A stretch of DNA of 64,000 nt from Octopus vulgaris (Eukaryota). The position numbers were made by a program, and so were the translations under genes. Of the stretch, positions 12,783-26,797 are shown one piece after another. The stretch spans positions 13,206,001 to 13,270,000 of the forward strand of contig OX597823.1 of NCBI GenBank assembly GCA_951406725.2. Reading direction: 5' to 3'. A model generated the notes under the pieces. The model was not told the DNA's origin and did not search any database. It worked only from the letters and a program-made list of their open reading frames with translations. Numbering within the stretch: position 1 is the stretch's first letter; each line of letters starts with the position of its first letter.

Positions 12783-13763
12783 CATTATTATTATGTGGTT
12801 GTTGTTGTTGTTATTTGTCATTCATGTTTATGGATTTGTAAGAAATCGCAGAGGAAAAGCGATATGTTTTTTTCATTGCGAAACTAGAAAATAAATCAAC
12901 TGTAATGAGTATATTGAAATATTATAAGTTGCCTTGTTATACGGAGTTAATACTCTACAAGACGCCAACGTTCCCATCCTCAGCGTTGGATTTTCTATAA
13001 AATTATTTCCCCAACAAACACAATGCTATAATTTGGTGGAAATATGTGTTGTTAATTGCATCGATCCCCGTACTCAACCACTACTTATATTATTTACACC
13101 AGAAAGGAAGATACGAAGTATATACTAGCGAGTTTTCAATTCAGAATATATACTGACGTAGCTAAACATCACTCGGAAAATCCTTTGATGCCCCATTGAT
13201 TCTACTAAAACACACACCGCTCCTGCCAACAACTCCTCATCCAGTATCTGTCATAATAAAATTTTATCACAGATGTAAAGCTGGAGAATAGAGAAATGCT
13301 TGAGTCATATATAATATCTTGGAACGTGGCAAATACATATTTTATGGACCATAGTTACTAAAGGTCAGCCTTGCACTGTTGAATTCATGTTTAGTTTGCT
13401 ACACTTTTTAAGATGGATCGTTATTAAGGTTACATCCGTTTCTACTAATTATAGATATGCTTCTAATATTGGAAAAAGTTATTTCTGGTTGACATTGATT
13501 ATGGCACCTTGCAATTACCTATATGTTCTTTAACCGAAAGGCATCCTTGGGAAATATTTTTCTGTCATTATTAGAAAGTGCCTAATCCAGGAAATATCTT
13601 CAAGCACAAACATATACTTTCCAAGTCGTTATGTGAATTGTATATCTATGCTAAGTATTCTTGCCTGAAGACGTATAGAATGATATATATCCGTCGTTTT
13701 TAATATTTCTCCCGGAGATTAAACAATCTCTCCACACTCAGAAATTAATTTTAGCCTTATAAT

Positions 13764-14074
13764 GTAACGTCGCACTTTTCAAGCCTACCCAGGCTCATGG
13801 GCCCAGTTTCCTGGTTTCTGTGGCGTATGTGTTCCCCCCAGCTGGACGGAATGCCAGTACATCGCAGCGCTACTCAAGAAACAAGAAGAGCGAGTGAGAG
13901 AAACTTGTGGCGAGAGAGTACAACGGGGGTCGCCACCACCCACTGCCGGAGCCGCGTGGAGCTTTTAAGTGTTTTCGCTCAATAAACATGCACAACGCCC
14001 GATCTGGGAATCGAAACTGCGATCCTCCGACCGCGATTCCGCTGCCCTAACCACTGGGCCATTGTGCCTCCACC
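13764..14074 (-). mobile_element. SINE with group B head and alternative tail 1
   Basis: Head matches the 31097 copy. TSD TTTTAGCCTTAT at 13749-13760 and 14075-14086. Confidence 0.88.
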
Positions 14075-14790
14075 TTTTAGCCTTATGATAGTCTAAACGT
14101 TTCTCCCTTACCTCTTTTGCGATGAATTTTCGTACTGCTAATTGACTAATCGAAGTTCTCATTAAAGGACACAATTTGAATTCATTATAAATTACTACAT
14201 TCACTACATTCCGAGGATATCTCCCTTTATCCATTAAGGTCTTCTGGTTAGTTGTTGGCTCATGAATTAATTATAGAGTTCCCAATGTCAGCAATATCAA
14301 AACTGTAGTATACTTTTTACATACCTAGTGTTTTTTTCTGTGACCTCCGTTTGTATAGAAAGTTAAAGTCAATATTTAAATAGAGCAATATGTGGAGTAC
14401 TAAATGTGTAAATGTTCCTACTGTATCTTATTTCGATAATGCAAGCCTTAGCTTCCAGCTCATGCCGTATACACTATCATTTCATCTGGTTTCTAAAGAC
14501 AGTATTTTGTTAAAGAAAAAAACAACTCAAAATGTTTCACTTTTGAATTTGTCACCCAAAGATAGTATGTGACGAATCTGCAAATTCGATGTAATTACAC
14601 TATGAACGATTAATTTGACTTGTCATGTCATGGCTGATGGATGGCCTTTGTTTTCAAACAAATTGCTAATAAAAACTCAGTTTTGTGATCCAAATAATAC
14701 AAACAACAACGCTTATTTGATATTAGACTATGCTATTTTTGGTCATCTACAGAGAAGAAACATATATGTGATGTACTATGTTCATGTGCT

Positions 14791-15201
14791 GGATCTTTTC
14801 GGTTTGAACGGCAGTTTTTAGGAAACTAAAAAATTTTAAACCTCGTAGAATGTGTTTATAAAACATCTTTTTCTCTTGGCTTTATTGAGAAAATTCTATA
14901 GTTTGTAAGATATTTGTTGGGGATTTTTTCTTCAATTTCTGCAATTTCAACCAATCACTGACGTCTATTGGGGTAAAAATAAAACATTCTGTGCCATATG
15001 AATATGTCCCTCGTTTAAGAAACAGATTGGGTTTATTTACATTTGTGAAGAAAAACGAATACCCTCCGCCCACCCCTAACCCTAACTAACCCTAATCCTA
15101 AAACAGGTTGAAATGCAATAGATCGATACTAGGGTCATAATTATGGGTGACAATTTCATATAACACCGCTAGAAAAACTGCCGTTCAAACCGAAAAGATC
15201 C
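14791..15201. mobile_element. MITE with 29-bp TIRs and 8-bp TSD
   Basis: TIR GGATCTTTTCGGTTTGAACGGCAGTTTTT at 14791-14819 with its exact reverse complement at 15173-15201. Flanks CATGTGCT / CATATGCT. Superfamily not determined. Confidence 0.9.
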
Positions 15202-15269
15202 CATATGCTTACATACATATCTTCGTTGTGTTTCTTTTTGTATGTATGTAAGTATATGTGTAAATGCGT

Positions 15270-15588
15270 AGATTTGTTGTTTTTTTTTTGTCATATATCT
15301 GCTCTCATGCAAATAGTTGCATATCTAGATATGCTCACTATACTTAAATGGGAAAAATTTGGAAAGTTTTACAGATTTTCATAGTTCCAGTGATGGCTTA
15401 GAATTGTAGTCTTCGAATCAGCTTTCTCTTCTTTTTTTTTCTTTTTCAGAAGCCTAATTTCTCAAGATTGGTACTTATGTAGTGTGTTACATATCCTAGT
15501 GCTCCAATAATAACAAGTATAAATCTGAACTTGTAATCTGGATAGAGTAACTGTAGATTTCTCAATAGTTCAGTGTAGTTAGTTTCTC
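15270..15588 (-). mobile_element. RLE non-LTR retrotransposon 3' end, (CATA)n-associated lineage
   Basis: Manual translation ETNYTELLRNLQLLYPDYKFRFILVIIGALGYVTHYISTNLEKLGF*...RKLIRRLQF*AITGTMKICKTF. The 5' junction abuts (TATG)n at 15589-15628. Homologous to 25911-26130. Confidence 0.8.
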
Positions 15589-16537
15589 TATGTATGTATG
15601 TATGTATGTATCTATGTATGTATGTATGTAATGCTTAAAAAATATATCTGCAGCTAAGATAATTAGGAATCCTTTCCAATATTTCTCACTGAGCGAACAG
15701 CTCTTTACAGAGTGCCATGTAGATAAGTGATATATTTGAACATTCATGCAGTTGCTAATGGAAATTAAACGCCTTCTAGATGACGTCTCTCTAGTGTTGC
15801 TTGCCAAAAATAGAATATGAATATGTCTGAATTGAACTTTACCGTTTTTAATCAGGAACGAAGCATTTCATTATTTGTTCGAAATACGCTATTTGCAAAT
15901 ACGACAAAAGCAAGACAGATCTGATGGCCACGAATGGAACATTTTTTGCGCACAGGTAGTTCTACTACAGTAGGCATCATATGAATGATAAAATAAGTAT
16001 CCGGCGTTTATAGCTGTTTTACATTTTGCTAACAAAACTCTCTACTTAGCACCGAAAAGCTTGTCTTCCAGTTGCTCATAAATAAATAGAATTTATAGTA
16101 ATCATATACGTTATACTAAGGTTTGAAATATGACCCCTGATATCACACATTTTGAAGACGGCAAAACTAAGGTTATTCTTGGATCAAAATATTTTGTTCT
16201 CTCTCGTGAACTAGTTATGTTTGTTTTCTACCTGTCAGTACAAACAAAGTGATTTAGTCAGAAACTGTCTCTGCACAGTACTCTTACACTTCAAACAAAA
16301 TCTTTGAACAGTTCGTTTAGAGAGCAAACACGCCACTTATTTTATACTTGTATGCCTGTATATGTTTGCAGGTATGTATGCAAGCGCGTGTGGCTGTGTG
16401 TATAATGGTGGCATGCTCAGTAAATTTAGCTAGCATAAATTGACAACATACACACACGCATAGATACTACATCTGCACGAATGCATACATGTATGTGTGT
16501 GTGTGTTTGTGTGTGTCTGTGTATGTATGTACGTAGC

Positions 16538-16765
<228 letters not shown>

Positions 16766-18278
16766 CCATACACACACACTGACCAGCGTACACAGGGATG
16801 AAACACGCGCGTACAAATACACGTATTTAAACATCATAAATTGCTCGCTCTTTATTCACAATTTGCGGGAACAATAAATGTTACGCGATATTTCTGAAGT
16901 ATTCCTGTCGTAAGTGGTATGCAATTTCACACGACATCTAATTTTATAGCCCTTAATAGCGACCGCTGGTGGTGGTGGTGGTCGTCGTCGTCATCGTCGT
17001 GTTCGTGGTGTTGGCGGTGGCGGTACAGCTGCTACTGCAGCTTGCATTGCAGCTGCTCATTTCATATTCTGTTGCTCGACAAATCATAAGCTATCCATGT
17101 GATTCTCCTTTTGCTCGCCCTCTTTCCTTTCATTTTTCTACTCTCATCTCTCGCTCCCCACTGTCTCCCTATCTCGATTCTTCTACCTCTCTGTCTCGCT
17201 CTCTCCAACTATTTACCTATCTATCTTTAGCTTCTCCTCTTTCCTTCTCTCTTCATTCTCCAACCGGCTATTGTTGGATTATTTTTCTCGTTGCTGTTCC
17301 TTGACACGAATCATTGCATGACGGGATAAACCTATCTAAATCCATATTTCTACTTTACTCTAATAAACAAGCATTATAAACGAACGCAATTTTAACACAT
17401 TATTGAAGCATACAGAATGTACTTAATGTTAACCATTTTATCTACAAATAATTCAACATGGCTTTCTATACTCATTTACATATAAAGGAATCTCTGTTCA
17501 CCTGTTTCGTTTCATCAATTTACGTAAAAGTTGCTATGGGAGGAAAAAAAATATGTCTTAACTGTTTTGAGCGAATTTTTTAACATCTTCTCATGAATAT
17601 AGATTACTGGCAATCTTTTCTTTCTTTTAAATATCTTGATTACTTAAACTAAGATGAATAGAATTGAGTGCCTGCTCAAAGTAGTACATAATGTATTATT
17701 AATGCGTGTAATGGAGAGAAAACACTTTAATGAACGAAAAAGCATTCGGGTAATATCGAGAGATGCTTTTTTGACTTTCATTCTTTATTATAATGTAGCT
17801 TGTAGCTATGATAATGATATCACTTTCATTTAAGTTATTTTAGTTTTGTGTGTATGTGCTGTGTATGTGTGTGTTTGTGTTTGTGTGTGTGCGCACGTGT
17901 GTGTGTATGTGTGTATACGTGTGTATTCGTGTGTGTACTTGTGTGTGAGCGTATGTCTGCGCGTGGATATATGTAGATATATGGATACACAGGCAGATAC
18001 GCAGAAGCATAAATAGATGTGTATGCTTATGCGGATACGTATGAATGTGTTATATATACGTACGTTTTTCTATATATATATGTATATGTATGTGTGTGTG
18101 TGTGTAATCATATACATGTATCTGTGTGTCTGTATGTGCATAGTCAATGTGATTATAAATTCCCTATAACCTTTAAATGATAAGTAAACTTCTCACTTTT
18201 TGATTTCTAAAGATTTATAGCTTGTGTGTATATATATAACAAAGTGGAGTTGTGGGGTACCGCACGAGTGGAATTATA

Positions 18279-18362
18279 TACGAAAGAAGGTTTGAAAATG
18301 CAATTTAAAAGATGTTTATTTACTTACATCTTTTAAATTGCATTTTCAAACCTTCTTTCGTA
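18279..18362. repeat. Perfect 37-bp inverted repeat with 10-nt loop
   Basis: TACGAAAGAAGGTTTGAAAATGCAATTTAAAAGATGT (18279-18315) and its exact reverse complement (18326-18362), in a TA-rich context. Confidence 0.93.
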
Positions 18363-18449
18363 AATATATATATATGTATATATATATACACACACACATA
18401 TATCCATATATATATACATACATTTACATATATATATATACATACATAT

Positions 18450-18541
<92 letters not shown>

Positions 18542-18568
18542 TCTTTCACTTTTATATATATATATATT

Positions 18569-18941
18569 CTCTTTCACTTTTACTTGTTTCAGTCATTTGA
18601 CTGCGGCCATGCTGGAGCAAATCGACCCCGGGACTTATTCTTTTGTAAGCCCAGTACTTATTCAATCGTTCTCTTTTGCTGAACCGCAAAGTAACGGGGA
18701 CATAAACACACCAGCATCGGTTGTCAAGTAATGCTAGGGGGACAAGCACAGACACACAAATACACACACGCATATATACTACGGGCTTCTTTCAGTTTCC
18801 GTCTACCAAATCCACTCACAAGACTTTGGTCGGCCCGAGACTATAGTAGAAGACACTTGCCCAAGGTGCCACGCAGTGGGACTGAACCCGGAACCATGTG
18901 GTTGGTAAACAAGCTACTTACCACACAGCCACTCCTGCGCC
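18569..18941 (-). mobile_element. tRNA-derived SINE, group C (near full length)
   Basis: Reverse complement of GGCGCAGGAGTGGCTGTGTGGTAAG...GGTTCAGTCCC...ATGACTGAAACAAGTAAAAG; matches the 35052 copy. Confidence 0.92.
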
Positions 18942-18977
18942 TATATATATGTATATATATATATATGTATATATATA

Positions 18978-20170
18978 TAGGGGTTGCACAAAATAATGGA
19001 AACCCCTAGCATCATACCATCCTAATTTTGAAATATCTATAAAACCATCAAAAGCTTGATATTTTTTATGTTTTTTTTATTTGTTATTAGTGTTGCTTAA
19101 TATGTTTTGCTAAAATTGCTGTTTCTCTTCAGGTATAATTAGAAAAAGGTAATAAAAATTCATTAAAATGACAAATCTATCGGACATTCAAAGAGGTCGA
19201 ATAGCTCCTATGGCAGGCGCTAGCCTAACTAAAACAACCGAAATGTTTGGTGTATCAAAAATTACTGTCTCGAAAGTAATGACAGCCTTTGAGAAAGAAG
19301 GGAAAACGTCCTCGTCGAAACAAAACTCCAGAAGAAAACCAAAACTTTCAGCTCGGAACTGTCGGATTCTTACGCGAATTGTTAGATAGGATCACAAAAG
19401 TACAGCTCCCAAAATTGCTGTAGAGCTTAATGACCTCCTCGAGAACCCAGTATCCACACAAACTGTTCGCCGGGAGCTGCACAAAGCTGGATTTCACGAA
19501 AGGGCTGCAAACAGAAAACCACTACTTCCAAAAACAAGAGTTGCAAAGCGTTTAGAGTGTAGTAAAAAATAACCCTACAGAATTGGTCCCTAGAGCAGTG
19601 GAAGAATGTTATTTTATCTGACGAGTCATCATTTACCTTATTTCCGACCACCAGCCGACTAGACGTGTGCAGACAGCCAAAAGAAGCATTTGATGCATAC
19701 TGCTTTCTTCCAACTATTAAACATTCAGGAGGATCTGCAATGATCTTGGTGGCGGGGGGGGGACTATATCTTGAAAATCCGACGGCCCAATGGTTTCCCT
19801 TAATTGCAGAATTAATAGTGAACACTATTTAAACATGTTATCTCGTAAAATTCATCCTATGTTTTTGAACTTTTTCTGGAGGGAAATGCGATCTTTCAGG
19901 AGGATAGTGCACTAATTCACATAGCTAAAGTTGTTACTGAATGACACGAAGAATCTCTAGTGAAGTCGAACATCTTATCTGGCCACCACAGTCCCAAAAT
20001 CTCAATATTATTGAAAATGTATGATGCATTTTATTAAGGAGTCGTTATTCTCCACCATCATCACTACAAGAACTGGACACTGTTTTAGCTGAGGAATTGA
20101 CAAAAATTTGTTTGGAAAGAATTCAAACTTTGTACGAGTCCATACCTGTCAGAATTCAAGAGGTAATTCT
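18978..20170 (+). mobile_element. Tc1-family transposon, near-complete but pseudogenised, right end lost
   Basis: Left TIR (T)AGGGGTTGCACAAAATAATGGAAAC follows TA. ATG at 19168. Catalytic motifs ILSDES, FQEDSALIH and WPPQSQNLNIIEN are present with stops and frameshifts. Confidence 0.92.
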
Positions 20171-20290
20171 AAATTATTTACTTTTAAATAATTTACGTCC
20201 GTACTATTTCCGCCTCTATCTTTTATATATAAAAATTTGATTTGTATAGATCTTTAATCTTTTTCAACCTATATACATATATATATATAT

Positions 20291-20972
20291 ATAACAAATG
20301 CAAAACTTTACACAACACATACGATACCAACAGTAAAAAAATGCGGACGACCTAATTCTTGTACGTGCCCATACCTAATTAAAGGCTCAGAATTCACATT
20401 CCAGTAAGGAGAAAAGTTTTTAATTAAGACCAACTTCATATACCCAATTTATGTCTTAAACTGTTCAGGTTGTGTCCAGAATTATGTAGGCCAAACCAAA
20501 CGAGCCTTACATTGAGACGGAGAGTTAAGTTGCATAAAGAACAGATTCGTTTTCCTCAATAAAGGCGGATAGCTCTGAGCGAACATATTGACAGAAGCGC
20601 AAGAAATAAAACACCGAATTTCCATATTTTTCCATTATACTAATGCAAAGATTCAATCCCCTTACAAGAACGCTTAATCAAGAAAATCCTATTCATACAA
20701 AAGTACACACCACACGTTAATATACAAAGTTGACCACCTGATCCGTACAATTCCTATTTCAAAATCAAATTCCTTTATCACTATTCAATAAGATCAAGGA
20801 GATAGCTCCCCACTACCTTGCCACCTATTGCCTCCTTTATCCACTCTATCCATTCATTCTTACTTTTCAAGGAATCCAAAATAGAGTCATTCCTTTGTCC
20901 ATTGACAAGCTAATTTAAATAGCAAAAACCGGGCGGATATCACTACATTTTATGAGACACTTACCACCCATA
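20291..20972 (+). mobile_element. Penelope-like element 3' fragment: GIY-YIG endonuclease, 3' region and degenerate hammerhead, flanked by (TA)n
   Basis: Manual translation VKKCGRPNSCTCPYL...IYVLNCSGCVQNYVGQTKRAL/LRRRVKLHKEQIR...LSEHID...ERLIKKILFIQKYTPHVN. At 20897-20938, GTCC-ATTGACAA-GCTA..TAGC-AAAAA-CCGG-GC-GGAT is a mutated hammerhead layout. Confidence 0.85.
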
Positions 20973-21079
<107 letters not shown>

Positions 21080-21224
21080 GTACATACATATATATATATA
21101 TATATGCACATATATACATATATATATATACACATATACATATACGTACACACACACACGAATTATTAAAACTATGGGAAATGAAGACATTTCTCTTCCC
21201 CTTTTTATATGTTTTCACATATTT

Positions 21225-21309
<85 letters not shown>

Positions 21310-22100
21310 GTATATATGTTGTTTTTAATATCATATTATTAACAACTGTGTCTTCTATATTTTAGTAAATCATCACATTATCAAAGGATGAAAGATCAGT
21401 CGTTGTCCTAAAATGGCCATATTTAATTAAAACCCATCCCTCCCCATACAAACTCTTGCGAGTTTGTATGGGGTCGGATGAGATCCAATCGCGAAATTTT
21501 CAAACGACGTAACTTTACAATTTCAGTTTTAAACTTGCGTAGGCCTGCAAGACCGAAGCGTTGTAGGGAAGCACTGCTATATATTACCATTTATCTCCAA
21601 TGAAATCTACACACTTCAATACACTGAGCTTCAAAGTTCCTCTCTCGTATGTATCTCTATACAAACATATCAATTTTAAAGTTAAGAAAAGGTTTCTTAT
21701 GTTGCTGATTCAGAAAGTATGTGATTATCATAAATATGAAAGACTTGTGACGTTTGAATACATTATTGGCTCAGTAGCTACTAATAGAGACTACCTTTGT
21801 AATGTTATATTCAGTGAGGAAACTATGTTCATGTTGGTTTCACAGATTCAAGTATGTTAACTATGGGTTATGAAAACTCTTGCAAAACACTTGATCGTTG
21901 CTTCCCATCGCAAAAAGTTGCTGTTCTGAGGGGTTCTAGAACATAGCATAGGTCCTTGACCCAATAATCTTCACAGCAGCTGAAGAAAAAGTACATATTT
22001 GGAGTTCCAGAAATATATTTTGGTATTAGACATGCTCAAGCCTATTTTATGGAAGGTGTTACATTTTCCAAACGAGGTCTCACATTTTTAAAATCTATAA

Positions 22101-22286
22101 CAGTGCTCCGCAATCTGTATGCCGCAGCACGCTGGTATGCCACGAGATGATCCTAGGTGTCACGCAGTGTAAACTGAATATAATTTTTGTCCCTGTACTC
22201 TTAGTTATATTTTTAATTCAGGTATGCCACCGAATTTTGAAAAGAATATACGTGTACCACAAGTGAAAAAATGTTGCGGACCACTG
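22101..22286. mobile_element. hAT-type MITE
   Basis: TIRs CAGTGCTCCGCAA / TTGCGGACCACTG (12 of 13 match). Perfect 8-bp TSD ATCTATAA at 22093-22100 and 22287-22294. Confidence 0.88.
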
Positions 22287-25200
22287 ATCTATAATGTCCA
22301 AGACTTTACTGAGGTAAAGGTGTACCGAACTATGGGCCATCTATATGTTCCGATGTCATTCCCTTCGATTTGTTATTTGTCGATATGTAGGTGGACTTTG
22401 TTGATAGAAACTTCTAACCCATACACTTTATTTGTTATTCACAGTTTATCAGGGAAGATTGTATGTTATTTATTTCGAGAAATTATATATAAATCTACCT
22501 TTAAAACAAATCTTACAAAAGTGGGCAAATATGAATGTTGAAATATAGTTGGGGTAATGTTTCTTTTCTGTCTTTATCTCGAGAATATTGTAATAGGAAG
22601 TGACGGAGAATGAGTGCTACACATCAAGGGAGAAATACTGATACAGTGAGAGGATGGAGGTAGATATGTGTTCCATCAAAGTCCCTTTACTTCTTGTAGT
22701 CACTGTTTAATCTTAGTACTCTTCTTTCTTACGTTCTTTTTTTTTTTCGCATCACGAGACAAAATGAGTGACAAAAGTAGAATTTGTCTTCAACTGGCCT
22801 CTAGAAAATGAAATGAGACGGAAACCGAATAATAACAGAATAACAGTACACGAGAGAGAGAATCAATATGAGGAACAGTGTGAAAGAGATAAATTATCAG
22901 AAAATAGACATAGGATGATTTATACAGAAAGACAGAGGAAGACATTGTCAGATACAGAGAGAGACGTACAGAAACATTGCACTGTCTCTCTCTCTCTCTC
23001 TCCCTCCCTCTGTTTACATACACACACTCATATCTAATTGTACATTATCGGCCAAAGTTGGGGCCCCTACAATGTCTTTGAACTCCTAGAAATAGTAAAT
23101 AATTCTCTTTCATAGATTAGCATCGTTGTCATTTACGACAGATGAATAACACGTTAGTGATTATTGGCCACCAGATATTATGTATGGAAAATGAAAAGGG
23201 TGCATTGTTCACAGTTTGATAGACTTTCATATGTCTGCTTAGTCAGGGCTATGCACCATTGTTGCCGTCTCGAATTGCGGAGATAGCAGCCAAATATACC
23301 TCAAATCACACCTCACTTGTCTGAATAATGCCGAATGCGTTACACAATTCAACGTAGACTCTGTCAACAAAATGAATGAAATGTTCGCTGCTGGAAGTTC
23401 TTTTCGCTTGCTCGATCAGGACTGACTTGTAGCTAAAGTATAGTAATTCACATCGAAAAGAAAAGCATACTAAAACAAGGATATCAACAAATGATATCTA
23501 TAGCTAACAGAAATAACAGCTAAATCTCTTTCAAAATACACCATACTATATTATGTATTATGTAAGCTCCTATGTATAGATGCTTGCACGAAATAATGAG
23601 GTAAAAAGAATATGGCATGAATGAAACAATATGGTATGAATGATAAAATATGGTAGTAACAATGTACGAGGCAATATAGTAGGAACAATATGGTATGTAC
23701 ATGTATCCTCGTCAAGAGATGAAGCATATTTAGCTCTTGAATTGCTTCTCATTTTAGTAACTGTACATTAGCCATAAGTTTATACATGCATACATACACA
23801 TATTCACACTTGATTCGTGCATATACGCACGCACACAAAAGCACACATTTATTTAAACTCTTATACACTCACATACACAACAAATATACGCAATTATACA
23901 TATATATGTGCTTCCATATATAATCAGACATAAATACACTGAGGCCCATATATCTACGCTTAAAGCTATACATGTAAATGTCTGCACACATATCCATATA
24001 TGCACATCTACACACATCTAAATGCTCAGGTAAGTTTAGACTTATTTATATGACTATATACATGTACACAAATACGCCCTCATGCAGAGCTATAAACATC
24101 TGTATATGCAAATCCAACTACACGCCCTCGCGTGCACTCAGCCACACACTCACACAAACACACACATATTTATATATAAGCGAAATTTTCTCTAATATAG
24201 GAATTATATGTAATGACATTATCTTAACTTGTTTCTTAAATACCGCTCTATGAAAACCAATTCATCTGAAGTTCATCCATGGATTTACAATATAGAATTG
24301 TGATGGACCATAGCTTGAGAACCTACCAAAAGATTACTTGGAATTCTTCACTGATCTAAGTAATATTATTAGCCTGATGTGCCAACAGATAGATCATGAA
24401 GTATTTTGCCCGGATTCGTAATCACTACATTATTTTCTTAACATCTTCTTTGAAGTGAAACTTAATTTACACCAATCAGCGCAATACAAATAGCAAACAA
24501 CTGTCACAGACATATGTCACAGTTGTTAATTGTCTGAGCGGTTAACACAGTATCGTATGCTGAGAATATAGCTGGCATAAATATATCTCCCTATTTATCA
24601 GTATAATTTGTAGGGACCTATTCCGACAGTGTGTCATTCAAGGTCACGTAGGCCTTCATACAAGTGCATAGTTGAACGAATATCAACCCTCATACGTAGA
24701 TACCCCGACATTATCGATAATTTCAACATGGCACTTCTATTCACTGAGTGAAATGCGTTAGCTTGATACACAGAAACTTGCAAAAAAGTGCATTGTCCCT
24801 GGCAAGACCACCTGAAAACATAACTGCGGCAGGCGTTGTTCACTGCCCTTCCTTTTAAATACGCCAAGGCGTGTTAAACGTGACCATCTATTAATTGTTG
24901 CAAAATGAGCCAATTTTAAGTAATCTTCTTGCAAAACTAAGATGGTGTTTCTTCATTCAGTGAAGAGTTGGTAAATACAATACAGAGTGAAGACAATAAA
25001 ACAGATGACAACTACAAGCAGATATTAATCATTTTGTCCGTCAAGTTGGATGGTAACACATTTATCTTATCAACTATATAGACACACATACACAAACACC
25101 TCTATACATACAGTTTTTATATATATATACATATACATATAAATATACATATACATATACACGTACACATATGTAAGCTATTATACATGTGCATACATTC

Positions 25201-25795
25201 ATTTAATCACTCGTATGTACGCGTATATTTGTGTATGTGTGAGAATGCAAATGCGTACGTAATTGCGTTTGTTGGTTCGTGTTTATAATTATCTGTTACA
25301 AGTCATATAATTATAATTTTCTTGTCATTGAAAATGACATCAATTTAAATTGTATTCACTTGATAAATATTCTTTACAGTTATAAAATAGCAATTTTGAA
25401 AAAACATGTCTGTCAATTGTATACTCATTGGTTAGTTTCTATCACACTATCGAGAATTTATGCTAAAATTATGGAGAAAAAACAAATCAATAATATAATT
25501 ATTACTCAATTCTTTATTTTAAGAATTACTTAGCTTGCATTTTTTCTGGAGAGAATTTACAATTGAACAGGGGAGGTGCATACATATTTTTATAGATATA
25601 ATTTTATACACGCTACTAATTTTTTATTCCTACTCGATATATGAGTTTTGTACATCTCTTTCTGTCTAAATATTTATAGTTTGTGCATACAGTGTATAAA
25701 CATATAAAAAATAACATCGACACAATGAGTGACACCTTCAGCACGACGTTTTTTGTTTGTGTTTTTATGTGTCGGTACGTAACAGGTAAGCTTTT

Positions 25796-25910
25796 ATGTA
25801 TGTATGTATGTATGTATGTATGTATGTATGTATGTATGTATGTATGTATGTATGTATGTATGTATGTGTGTATGTATGTATTTATGTACGTATGTACATA
25901 TGTATGTATG
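25796..25910. repeat. (TATG)n microsatellite (further tracts at 26774-26797, 27110-27193, 42194-42260)
   Basis: Read directly. Confidence 0.96.
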
Positions 25911-26773
25911 TCAGTTTTATTTCAAACTTTCTTACCAATAGAGAAAGATCAGACTTCGAATCAGCTTTCTCCTTTCCTTCCTGGTTTTAAGAAGCCTAAT
26001 TTCTCAACATTGATATTAAGGCAATCCGTTACATATCTCAGGGACCCAATAGTTACAGGTATAAACCTGAACCTGTAATCTGGGTAGTGTAACTGTAGAT
26101 TTCTCAATAGTAGTGTAGGTATGCTCTCTTTCTTTTCTTTTTTTTTAAACTTATCTTCAGCTTTATGTTAACATCCGCTGGGCAGCTAATTTCCGCAACA
26201 GTACAGTTTCTCTTCGCTGTCCCAACTCATTATATCAGGTCTGTAGTGCTTACATTTTTATTTTTTTAGGTTGTCACTGGAACATTACACCAGTACTCCT
26301 TTGTTTATAAGTGGCTATGGCTATACTATACTGTGGGTTCTTATTTCTTTGTTCTCGGGGTTATCCTTCCGCCGGATTTACAGAGTGTCCTAGCTACATT
26401 ATAGAGTGTCTTAGCTACAACATCATGTGACATCGGTAGATAATACCGTGACGACGTTTTCAGACAACGGCTTATGATGTGGAGGATATCTTTGGTGTTA
26501 ACTCCACAAAGTCTGCATCGGTTGTAATATTTTACTGCTTTTCCTGCATCTGTATTCCTTTTGTGCATCAAGTATTTGGCTGCTATCTCTCGTTCCTGGA
26601 TTGCAAATGCATACCCTTGAAAGTAGAAGATAGTAATCCGGTTATTGGCCCATGAAAGACTGCTTTGATGAAGCAGTTAATGTTACTATCATCTTGCAAC
26701 TTCCTATCATATCCATGTATAGTTTTCCGCTCATATATCCTCATTGCTTTCATCTGATGGTGCTTTGCGGTTT
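25911..26773 (-). mobile_element. RLE non-LTR retrotransposon 3' portion with CCHC zinc knuckle, inside (CATA)n
   Basis: FEGYAFAIQE...KYLMHKRN...NRCRLCGVNTKDILHIISRCLKTSSRYYLPMSHDVVAKTLYN, followed by LLRNLQLHYPDYRFRFIPVTIGSL. (TATG)n on both sides. Confidence 0.88.
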
Positions 26774-26797
26774 GTATGTATGTATGTATGTATGTAT

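Noticed and set aside
13660-13705. CTGAAGA followed by a stem, hammerhead-like
   Set aside because: The GAAA half of the core is missing.
24642-24885. 8-bp inverted repeat GGTCACGT/ACGTGACC as MITE ends
   Set aside because: Too short, and no TSD.
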